Virus record (IMG/VR): IMGVR_UViG_3300028171_000090
Span: 96,001 to 160,000 of that record
Source of the DNA: a virus
Taxonomy: Duplodnaviria; Caudoviricetes
Direction: 5' to 3' (one strand)
DNA: 64,000 nucleotides
Below are positions 56,377-64,000 of this stretch, piece by piece (position 1 is the stretch's first letter; each line of letters starts with the position of its first letter). A program made the position numbers and the translations under genes. The notes under the pieces were generated by a model. It was given only the letters and a program-made list of their open reading frames with translations. It did no database searches and was not told the origin of the DNA.

Positions 56377-56817
56377 ATGATGGAAGACTACTGGTCAGCA
56401 TCACTAAGACTTGCTCGAAAGGAAAATAAAATATTAAGAGAGCAGGCAAAAGAAAAAGATTATGAGATTAAACGTCTAAGAGATAAATATGAATCAGACA
56501 TATCACCAATTAGACGAGAGATTGAAAAATGTACGTATATTGTATTACATAGTGGTATAAATGAAGAGATTGAAAAATACGGGGATAAATGTATAGTGCT
56601 ACATAATATCACATTCATGTTAATGGATCATCCTGAACTAGAAAAGCAATTCACAGATGTAGAGCAGTCTACTGAATGGTTGAGGAAAGGCTTTTATGAA
56701 TTCGCACTTAGTAAAAGAACCGAATACCCAGTATTGGAAACATTTGTACAATCGTATGGGAAGGCGGTAGAAAAAGATGAAAATGTACTTCGGAAAACTA
56801 GTCCAAGTTTCAGATAA
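56377..56817 (+). CDS. Hypothetical protein, paralogue of 57007..57411
   Basis: AGGAGG RBS; EIKRLRDKYES vs EIKRLKDKYES. Confidence 0.75.
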   Translation: MMEDYWSASLRLARKENKILREQAKEKDYEIKRLRDKYESDISPIRREIEKCTYIVLHSGINEEIEKYGDKCIVLHNITFMLMDHPELEKQFTDVEQSTEWLRKGFYEFALSKRTEYPVLETFVQSYGKAVEKDENVLRKTSPSFR

Positions 56818-57007
56818 AGAGTCTGAAAAACTGAATGAGTTACAGATGAAACAGGTATTACAGAATAGAGTTGTTTCTATGTCTATGCGTAGCGCTAAAC
56901 CAAAATGTGATGCAAAACCGTATAAGAAAACTCGAATAACACATAATCCAATACGAGACGCATACCGTAAAGCATTAATAGAAGAATGGATAAAGGGGAG
57001 AAAGTAA
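56777..57007 (+). CDS. Small basic hypothetical protein
   Basis: 76 aa, sits between the paralogues. Confidence 0.5.
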   Translation: MKMYFGKLVQVSDKESEKLNELQMKQVLQNRVVSMSMRSAKPKCDAKPYKKTRITHNPIRDAYRKALIEEWIKGRK

Positions 57008-57411
57008 TGTACTATAATTCAACATTTGAACTATATTACCATCATAGAGACGAAAAGGAAGTATTAAGAGAAAAAGTTAAAGAGCAGGAAGCTGAGATTA
57101 AACGTCTGAAAGATAAGTATGAATCAACACCAATAAGTAGATTAAAACATGTATACTATAATATTATAACATCGACAAGTGATCTTCGTGAGCATGTAGA
57201 ATACCTTAGTAGGTATACAATATTAGATCATATAGAATATATTTTTATAGAATATCCTGACTTAAAAAAACAGTTTGTAGATTTAACAGGAACGAGTAAA
57301 GAGCTTAAACAGAGATTCGATGATTTTATTCTTAATAATATAAAAGAGTACCCCGTTTTAGAAGAATACAGACATATTAGAGAATTGGGTGAGTATCTTG
57401 GATTTGAATAA
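57007..57411 (+). CDS. Hypothetical protein, paralogue of 56377..56817
   Basis: AAGGGGAG RBS at ATG 57007. Confidence 0.75.
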   Translation: MYYNSTFELYYHHRDEKEVLREKVKEQEAEIKRLKDKYESTPISRLKHVYYNIITSTSDLREHVEYLSRYTILDHIEYIFIEYPDLKKQFVDLTGTSKELKQRFDDFILNNIKEYPVLEEYRHIRELGEYLGFE

Positions 57412-57619
57412 TACTTTAAAAGCAATATCTTCATTATCTAAATTAGAAATGATGGATATCATCATTAAGTTAAACGCTAAGAATAAGAAGCTTGAGAATA
57501 AGAATAGAGAGTTAAAACAGTCTATAAAGGACGAGAAGGAATATACTGAGTTATTACAAAACCAAGTATATGACCTTTGTTTTATTCCAGTAATGCGTCC
57601 TATAAAGGAGGAGAAATAA
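57389..57619 (+). CDS. Small coiled-coil hypothetical protein
   Basis: 76 aa filling the gap, start uncertain. Confidence 0.5.
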   Translation: MSILDLNNTLKAISSLSKLEMMDIIIKLNAKNKKLENKNRELKQSIKDEKEYTELLQNQVYDLCFIPVMRPIKEEK

Positions 57620-58386
57620 TGAGTAACGAAAACATTAAAGAGTTTGAAACGTACTCAGATTACATGGCAACGCGTGATGAAGTGTTTATTATGGGTTGGG
57701 ATAATATCTTCCAAGTCCCTGATATCTTCATCTTTAATAAAATTATCATGCAGAATAAAGAAGCGTATAATAAATACCTAAAGCTGGATTTATTACGTGA
57801 GTTTGACGAGTTTGCCGTTCAGCCTAAGTTATTAGAACGTAGTCATCGTAATCTCGTTGAATGGATAAAACGAGATGATATTTCAGATGAAGAGGCTGTT
57901 GAAGTATATTACACGTTACGTAATATGAGAGAAGAAATGTATAGAGAATCACCATTAACAGAATTTGCTACAGGCTTTGATGCTTTAGCAATGCATTCCT
58001 ATACAAAGAAAATTGTTATCATGATTCCAAGTAAAGACCAACGAATCATTGATAGAATCACATCTATTTTAGATGTGGATATTAACTCAAAAGTATTCTT
58101 TAGAGCACTGGAACCTAGTGAAGATATGTACAATGTTATCACTACAGAGTACCCAGAGTTTACTACCATGATTATGGACGATGTTAATCTGGTCGAGAAA
58201 CTTATGAACGAGACAGATGTCGAGCATAAGTCATTTGTACTACCTCAGACTGGATGGAACTTCGATTTAGAAGATGGTGTGATGAATGCAAAGAATAAAT
58301 TAGAGTTCCTAGCTGTAGAAAAGAATTGTAATTTAGGTTTCATGAAATTGATGGAATTTGAAGAGATTCATTACGGGGTAGGTTAA
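57619..58386 (+). CDS. Hypothetical protein, degenerate HAD/5'-nucleotidase-like
   Basis: AAGGAGG RBS; FIMGWDNI (motif I-like, first Asp lost), MIMDD (motif IV-like). Confidence 0.4.
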   Translation: MSNENIKEFETYSDYMATRDEVFIMGWDNIFQVPDIFIFNKIIMQNKEAYNKYLKLDLLREFDEFAVQPKLLERSHRNLVEWIKRDDISDEEAVEVYYTLRNMREEMYRESPLTEFATGFDALAMHSYTKKIVIMIPSKDQRIIDRITSILDVDINSKVFFRALEPSEDMYNVITTEYPEFTTMIMDDVNLVEKLMNETDVEHKSFVLPQTGWNFDLEDGVMNAKNKLEFLAVEKNCNLGFMKLMEFEEIHYGVG

Positions 58387-58411
58387 TCTATTAATAATTT
58401 ATCAATACCAT

Positions 58412-58423
58412 AACAAAGTATTA
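58412..58423 (+). promoter_or_regulatory. Late-type promoter of the chaperonin gene
   Basis: AACA-AAGTAT-TA. Confidence 0.55.
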
Positions 58424-58469
58424 GTGATATATACACTAAACACTATATATTCCTGAGGAGGAACTGGAA

Positions 58470-60209
58470 ATGTTTAACAAAGAACACTTACGAGTTAACG
58501 TCGTGAACGACGTAGATACAAAACAATATGTACATGCAGTATTAGACTCTTTACATAGTACACTAGTATCGTCATTAGGACCTTACGGGTCTACTGCAAT
58601 CGTTCATGATCCGCAGGTTGGTCACTATATGACGAAGGATGGATTCTCTATCCTAAACAAAGTACGATATAATGACCCAATTCTAAATACATTATTATCC
58701 ATTATTCGTGAATCATCTCAACGCTTAGTTATGCGTGTGGGTGATGGTAGTACAACAAGTATTATCGCATCGAATTATATACATGGACAAATCGTTAAAC
58801 TGATTAACGATAACAAGTTAAACATTCGTCCAAAAGATTTAATCGACTTACTTCAAGAAGCGGTAGAACGTATCATTGAAGTAATCACAACAAAATATAC
58901 AAAACATGTTTCTGAAGATTTAAAAGAAATCGACCACATTGCTGCTGTATCATTAAACAATGATAAGAAGCTAGGTAAACTGGTTGGTGACATTTATCGT
59001 CAAGTTGGTTTCGACGGATTCGTTCGTGTGAAACTAAGTAAAACAAAAGAAACGACATTTGAAACATCACCTGGATTTGAAATTGATGCTGGTTACTTAG
59101 ATAAAGAGCTAGTTAATACAGATACAGATGAATGTCGTATCAATAACGTTCGTGTACTTATGTTTGATGGAGCTTTACAACCTGAAGATAAAGGCGTTGT
59201 AAATGCAGCTATTAACAATGTTAATGAAATGGCAAATAGTACAGGACATGCAGCAAGCTTAGTAATTATTGCACCAGGTTTAAGTTCTGAAATGTCTTCA
59301 TATCTTCGTCAAGTTGTTACATACAATTATACGAAAAAAGACATCCGTAACAATATCAATGTGATTAAGTTTGCTCTAGGTACAGAACATGACCAAGAGA
59401 GTTATCAGGACTTAGCTACAAAAACAGGTGCTACTATCGTTAAAAACAGTATGGGTGACCGTACAGTTGATATACTTGATGTATTCGGATTCGTAGGAGA
59501 AGTAACTTCTTCTTACCGTAATACAGTATTTACCGATTTCGTTAATGATACAGACATTGTTGAACGTGTGGCTATGCGTATCGGTACAATCCGTGCTGAA
59601 CGTCAACGCATGAAAGACGAAAATATCATTGATACTCGTAAAGAGTATGAGTTACAAAAACGTCTTGCAGTATTAGAAGGTAAATTAGTTACGCTTTATG
59701 TTGGTGGTAACAGTGACCATGAAAAAGCAACTACAAAATACCTTATCGATGATGCAGTATCAGCATGTAAGAGTGCAATGCGTCACGGTTATGTAATCGG
59801 TTGTAACTTAACAATTCCATTAGCTATTAAAGAACTTTTAAGCTCTGACTTAGAAGATAATATGGAAATTGCTTTACAATCAATCTACAAAGCATTCTTC
59901 TTTGTATTCACTGATGTGTACTTCAATAAACATACACGTCCAGTATTAGGTGAAGAAAAAGTTACACAAGAAGAATACGATCATTATGTAGCTACACTAA
60001 AAGAATTAGATGGACGAGTTGAATCTATCTTTACTGCTTGCTTAGAGCGTGAAGAAGCTTACAACATCATCACTGAAGAATTTACAGCTACAGATATTAT
60101 CAACTCTGCTGAAACAGAGATTGAAATCTTACGTAACGTTATCTCTATTATTTCGCTAGTTACTACAAGTAACCAATTTATTACAGCGAATGCAGAAACG
60201 TCACTATAA
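58470..60209 (+). CDS. groEL: Phage chaperonin (GroEL-like)
   Basis: SLGPYG, TKDGFSI, GDGSTT ATP-binding motifs, DDAVSACKSA; AR9-type phages encode such chaperonins. Confidence 0.93.
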   Translation: MFNKEHLRVNVVNDVDTKQYVHAVLDSLHSTLVSSLGPYGSTAIVHDPQVGHYMTKDGFSILNKVRYNDPILNTLLSIIRESSQRLVMRVGDGSTTSIIASNYIHGQIVKLINDNKLNIRPKDLIDLLQEAVERIIEVITTKYTKHVSEDLKEIDHIAAVSLNNDKKLGKLVGDIYRQVGFDGFVRVKLSKTKETTFETSPGFEIDAGYLDKELVNTDTDECRINNVRVLMFDGALQPEDKGVVNAAINNVNEMANSTGHAASLVIIAPGLSSEMSSYLRQVVTYNYTKKDIRNNINVIKFALGTEHDQESYQDLATKTGATIVKNSMGDRTVDILDVFGFVGEVTSSYRNTVFTDFVNDTDIVERVAMRIGTIRAERQRMKDENIIDTRKEYELQKRLAVLEGKLVTLYVGGNSDHEKATTKYLIDDAVSACKSAMRHGYVIGCNLTIPLAIKELLSSDLEDNMEIALQSIYKAFFFVFTDVYFNKHTRPVLGEEKVTQEEYDHYVATLKELDGRVESIFTACLEREEAYNIITEEFTATDIINSAETEIEILRNVISIISLVTTSNQFITANAETSL

Positions 60210-60212
60210 ATC

Positions 60213-60257
60213 ATATACAGGAGTAGTGTGGGAAACCATGCTACTCTACCTGTATAT
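60213..60257 (+). other. Long bulged hairpin without U-tract (possible RNase III site or stabiliser)
   Basis: ATATACAGG-AGTAG-TGTGG-GAAA-CCATG-CTACT-[CTA]-CCTGTATAT. Confidence 0.5.
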
Positions 60258-60286
60258 TGTCACATTAGAGGGGAGAAAAGGTTTCT

Positions 60287-61144
60287 ATGGTAGAAAAGAA
60301 AGATGATAACCAATCACAGTCCTTAAATGAAGCAATCGATTATAACATCAACGAGCATCGAGAGATGACCATCTTAGACTACTATACGAATCCATACGGT
60401 AAAGGTTCAACCTTCGTCAATGTAAAGAAGATGAAGGAAGATTTGGAATTACGTTATGATAAAATGCTGGCAACAGAACACGCTAAGCTAGTCAGTAAAG
60501 TATACCGTAAGGGGAGAAAAGATAAAGCTGAATTCTTTATCTTAGTACGGATTCCATCGGAATCTATCAGAGATTTATACTATGAAGTGGTAGTGCAATT
60601 ACTACCTTCAAGAGAAACAGAACATGCTAAGACTATCAATAACTATCGTGTCAAGTTCTTCTCGAACACACCTAGCTTCGTCTTTACATTCGCCTATACA
60701 TACAACGTACATAACTTAATTGTGGAAGATTGTAAGAAGAAGTTTAGTAAAGATAGTCTACGTAATAGTCCGATTATCCGTAACCAACATAACATGGTTG
60801 GTTTAGAGAAATCGATTTACTATGCGTGTCATTATATCATGAATAACTTATCTGATTTAGACACATTAGATAGAGTGGCTCATGATTATAATCCTAAGAA
60901 ATTCTTAGAACTCATCATGGATACAGATGAGAAGTTACAAGAGTACCGCGTGATGCAAAGAATAGCAAAAGAGAAAGAAGCCAAAGAAAAATCTTCATCT
61001 CAAGGCGTTATTCGTAGAAGCAAAAACGAAATTGAGAAACAACCAAAAGCGAGAACACCTCGTACCGAAAAGGCTACTGGAAAGTCTCCTATTACAGGGA
61101 AGGCTAAAAAGGCTAAGGTAAAAGGTAAAAAGAAATTAAAGTAA
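60287..61144 (+). CDS. Hypothetical protein with Lys-rich tail
   Basis: GAGGGGAG RBS, 285 aa; between chaperonin and sigma-like gene. Confidence 0.75.
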   Translation: MVEKKDDNQSQSLNEAIDYNINEHREMTILDYYTNPYGKGSTFVNVKKMKEDLELRYDKMLATEHAKLVSKVYRKGRKDKAEFFILVRIPSESIRDLYYEVVVQLLPSRETEHAKTINNYRVKFFSNTPSFVFTFAYTYNVHNLIVEDCKKKFSKDSLRNSPIIRNQHNMVGLEKSIYYACHYIMNNLSDLDTLDRVAHDYNPKKFLELIMDTDEKLQEYRVMQRIAKEKEAKEKSSSQGVIRRSKNEIEKQPKARTPRTEKATGKSPITGKAKKAKVKGKKKLK

Positions 61145-61160
61145 ATATTATAACTATGGA
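61142..61160 (+). promoter_or_regulatory. Early-type promoter (variant)
   Basis: TAAATATTATA-ACT-ATGGA upstream of the promoter-specificity subunit. Confidence 0.5.
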
Positions 61161-61193
61161 TACGATACAAAATAGACTTGGGAGGAACAAACC

Positions 61194-62681
61194 TTGGTAA
61201 AACTAATAACAGAATTTAAGAACAAAAAAGCAGAGCGCGTATTCAACGTATCGGGGAAAACAATTATTATTGAATTCGATAAGATTTTCAATAACCCTAA
61301 ACTAGCTGACCTGAACACATTCGTACTGAAGAAAAAAAGAGCGTACGCAGATCAGGGAGAACTTACAATTGAGCATTTGAATTACTTCGTAAAGTATTAT
61401 GATGAAGATAATGAACTAATCATGGCTTATCTGAATCTAAAGTTCATGATCGACCGTAAATCTAACTATGGAAAGAAAACATTCATCCGGGACTTATACG
61501 ATTACTTACTATCCGATTCCATGGTAGAGAAGATCAAGAAACTTACTGATGACAACTACATGATTGACTTAGAAGCAAAACTAGGAACGAGTGAGAAACG
61601 TCGTATCGAATCCCTACAGTTCACCAATGAACACGGGAAGGTACTTATGAATGTAAGTACAACGATGAAACTTATGATTCCGATTATTACACATTACATG
61701 TATGTCAATGCGATTGGTAATGTAGATAAATTTATCTTACGTTGCTTTGACTTAATTGCGAGTCACTTCGAATCGGATGATATTGACATTCATAACAAAC
61801 TATACGAAACCGTTACGAGTCGTATCAACCAAACACGTCACTCTGATAGAGGACACTGGCGTCGAGTTGAGATTGAGGGTAAAGACCCATTAGATCAAAT
61901 CGATTCAATCATGGAACGTATCTATGTAAATATTATTAATAAGTATGTGTATGATAAGAACGTTGTATTCTTTAACCATGCTTCATTAAATAATATTATC
62001 ATTCATATTCGTAAAACAAAATCAAAGTACAACTACATGCCGATTACTAATAAGAAGGATGCAGATGGTCTGAGCGATTTCGATAAGATTGAAATCAATA
62101 ACTCTAAGTTTGATGAGTCTTCTGTTATTATCGGTAACATCAATATCCATCAAAGTATTGAGAAACTTCGTAAGAAGTATAAGATTGAATTTGATGATGA
62201 AGAAGTGCAATGGTATGCAGATAAAGTATTTGTACGACCATTCCAACGCGACTTAACATTCCAGTTATTCGCAAGACACTTCGGGTCTGTTCGTGATATG
62301 TACAGTATCAAACGAGTAGAGTATGCGAAACTGATTGTTATCATGAAGCATATGTTATACAAGAAAGGATTCCGTTATATGCAACATATCCTATCAGGCG
62401 ATGTTGTAGAAACAGTGAATCGCAGACCATTGAATAAGAAACAAGTAACAAAGTTACGTGCTAGTTCTCGATACCATAGTGTATTCGATGAGAAGTATAG
62501 TGATAGTATGGAAATATTAGATGCAGGTAACATCATGCATAACTATTTAAATATCATGCTAAACTCTCGTATTCGAATTATGGATTATCAGTTACAAGAG
62601 CATGAGGGGAAAGAGCTAAACATTTCCAAACATCCTGATATCATTATGGACGAGTATTTACGTCTAGTTGAATTAATCTAG
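61194..62681 (+). CDS. Non-virion RNAP promoter-specificity (sigma-like) subunit, AR9 gp226/phiKZ gp68-like
   Basis: IIIEFDKIF..LNTFVLKKKRAY, SLQFTN...MKLMIPII, KLYETVTSRINQTRHSD..W resemble AR9 gp226 as recalled; same synteny (two genes from the chaperonin); TTG start with GGAGG. Confidence 0.8.
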   Translation: MVKLITEFKNKKAERVFNVSGKTIIIEFDKIFNNPKLADLNTFVLKKKRAYADQGELTIEHLNYFVKYYDEDNELIMAYLNLKFMIDRKSNYGKKTFIRDLYDYLLSDSMVEKIKKLTDDNYMIDLEAKLGTSEKRRIESLQFTNEHGKVLMNVSTTMKLMIPIITHYMYVNAIGNVDKFILRCFDLIASHFESDDIDIHNKLYETVTSRINQTRHSDRGHWRRVEIEGKDPLDQIDSIMERIYVNIINKYVYDKNVVFFNHASLNNIIIHIRKTKSKYNYMPITNKKDADGLSDFDKIEINNSKFDESSVIIGNINIHQSIEKLRKKYKIEFDDEEVQWYADKVFVRPFQRDLTFQLFARHFGSVRDMYSIKRVEYAKLIVIMKHMLYKKGFRYMQHILSGDVVETVNRRPLNKKQVTKLRASSRYHSVFDEKYSDSMEILDAGNIMHNYLNIMLNSRIRIMDYQLQEHEGKELNISKHPDIIMDEYLRLVELI

Positions 62682-62691
62682 GAGTGGTAGT

Positions 62692-63750
62692 ATGAAAGCT
62701 TATACAAGTAATAAAGATTTGGAAAGATATAGACAAGAGCTTGCAAGACAGCTCTTGTCTATTCCTCTTGCCCATTGGTCATCTGGAGATAAAGAGATTA
62801 CATTCCGTTGCCCATTCTGTGGGGATTCTAAGAAGGATAAGACGAAGACTCGATTCAATGTCTTTATGGCATTTACAGAAGATAAACCTCCAGTGTACCA
62901 ATGCTTTAATAATAACTGTGGGGCAAAGGGTGTACTAACAGTTGACTTACTGAAAGACTTGCAGATTAATAACTTCAGCTTAATGAATATGCATAATATA
63001 CATATGTCAGGTATGAAGAAGTCTGTACGTAAACGAGTATTCATGGAAGGTATGAAGTTGGATTTAAATATTCCGATGCCTGTCATGAATGACATTACCA
63101 TGCATAAGTTATCGTACTTTAATAACCGCATGGGATTAGAACTAACAGGGAAAGACTTACTGAAGTATAAGATAGTCGTGAATCTATATGACTTCTTAAA
63201 CCGTAACTATATTAAGGAGCGGACTCGTAAGAAGTATATCACAGATGCATTAGACAAAGGATACTTCGGATTTCTATCAGCAGACAATAACTATCTTATT
63301 ATGCGTAATACAACGAATAAGATAGATAACATATTGAAACGTTATATTAACTACAATGTCATGGGGAATGAAGAGAACGTTCGTAAGTTCTATATCATGC
63401 CAAATACAGTAGACATTATGCAGGATATAGACATTCGTATTACCGAAGGTATCATGGATATCATTGGTGTATATAATCATGTCATGAATCGAAATGATGA
63501 GAATAATCTATATGTCGCTGCATGTGGTAGTGGAATGGAAAGTGTTATCCGTTATCTATTACGCTTAGGTTTTATTCACTGTAACATTCATATCTACTCT
63601 GATGATGATGTGAAGATAGAGGAATACAAAAAATTAAAGAAACGTCTAAAGGGTAAATTCAGCGGTACACTAACTGTTTACTATAACAAGATAAAGAAAG
63701 ATTATGGTGTACGAAAAGATGAAATTGATACGTACAAGATAATAATCTAA
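62692..63750 (+). CDS. DNA primase (T4 gp61-like)
   Basis: Zn-binding RCPFCGDS...CFNNNC, TOPRIM ITEGIMD and YSDDD, KDYG. Confidence 0.85.
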   Translation: MKAYTSNKDLERYRQELARQLLSIPLAHWSSGDKEITFRCPFCGDSKKDKTKTRFNVFMAFTEDKPPVYQCFNNNCGAKGVLTVDLLKDLQINNFSLMNMHNIHMSGMKKSVRKRVFMEGMKLDLNIPMPVMNDITMHKLSYFNNRMGLELTGKDLLKYKIVVNLYDFLNRNYIKERTRKKYITDALDKGYFGFLSADNNYLIMRNTTNKIDNILKRYINYNVMGNEENVRKFYIMPNTVDIMQDIDIRITEGIMDIIGVYNHVMNRNDENNLYVAACGSGMESVIRYLLRLGFIHCNIHIYSDDDVKIEEYKKLKKRLKGKFSGTLTVYYNKIKKDYGVRKDEIDTYKIII

Positions 63751-63769
63751 AGAAAAAGAGGTGTCTGAT

Positions 63770-64000
63770 ATGGGGAAACTGAATGAACAGGTTGGCTTCA
63801 TTAAAGACGCGATAAAGCATAGACAGGAGCTAGACTTTACTAGCTATAGCCGATTCCTAGAATCGGCTCCTATCTTTATCACGTACTACAAACAGAATAC
63901 AGAAGAATCTACGATGGATTATGGTACACATAATACACAAGTATTTATTGGACAAGATTCTTCCATTCGTTATAACAGAATCAAAGAGGTTCCGTTATAT
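63770..64000 (+). CDS. Partial ORF, possible neck protein (T4 gp14-like), truncated by window end
   Basis: GAGGTG RBS; MGKLNEQVG...TYYKQNTEESTMDYG...IGQDSSIRYNRIKEVPLY open to the end. Confidence 0.45.
   Translation, partial: MGKLNEQVGFIKDAIKHRQELDFTSYSRFLESAPIFITYYKQNTEESTMDYGTHNTQVFIGQDSSIRYNRIKEVPLY

Noticed and set aside
62700-63131. 143-aa minus-strand ORF
   Set aside because: Antisense to the primase
1-64000. Introns or inteins in RNAP, terminase, helicase or polymerase (group I introns occur in AR9-like phages)
   Set aside because: All these ORFs are continuous and of expected size, with no intein termini or intergenic gaps large enough
1-64000. Phage nucleus genes (chimallin, PhuZ) or uracil-DNA genes (Ugi, dCTP deaminase)
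   Set aside because: No recognisable motifs here; base chemistry cannot be read from the sequence

Overview
A 64-kb AT-rich segment of a large lytic contractile-tailed (jumbo) phage of the PBS1/AR9-phiKZ type; strong GGAGG ribosome-binding sites suggest a Bacillus-like (Firmicutes) host (inference). Core genes: 3' part of an NAD-dependent DNA ligase, split multisubunit RNA polymerase subunits (beta N-half, beta-prime C-half, a probable small virion beta-prime C-terminal piece, and an AR9 gp226-like promoter-specificity subunit), SbcC/Rad50 ATPase, a family-B DNA polymerase split into two genes 32 kb apart, UvsW-like helicase, primase, GroEL-like chaperonin, portal, tail tube, tail sheath, large terminase, major capsid protein, prohead protease and neck proteins. 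Accessory content: many paralogous hypothetical genes and eight discoidin-like paralogues inserted in the head cluster. Two promoter classes are readable: TATACATTATA-N3-GTGAG (early-like) and AACA-N6-TR (AR9 late-like). Top leads: (1) a short basic peptide motif shared, with different codons, by the termini of the RNAP beta N-half, the DNA polymerase N-half and an unknown protein, next to a possible sliding-clamp gene; (2) a candidate ~100-nt sRNA with an anti-Shine-Dalgarno seed matching several phage RBSs; (3) A-loop hairpin leaders, including a four-hairpin array and a duplicated two-hairpin leader; (4) the discoidin cassette array; (5) a pair of very acidic HU/IHF-like proteins. All family calls come from visual motif recognition, not from database searches.
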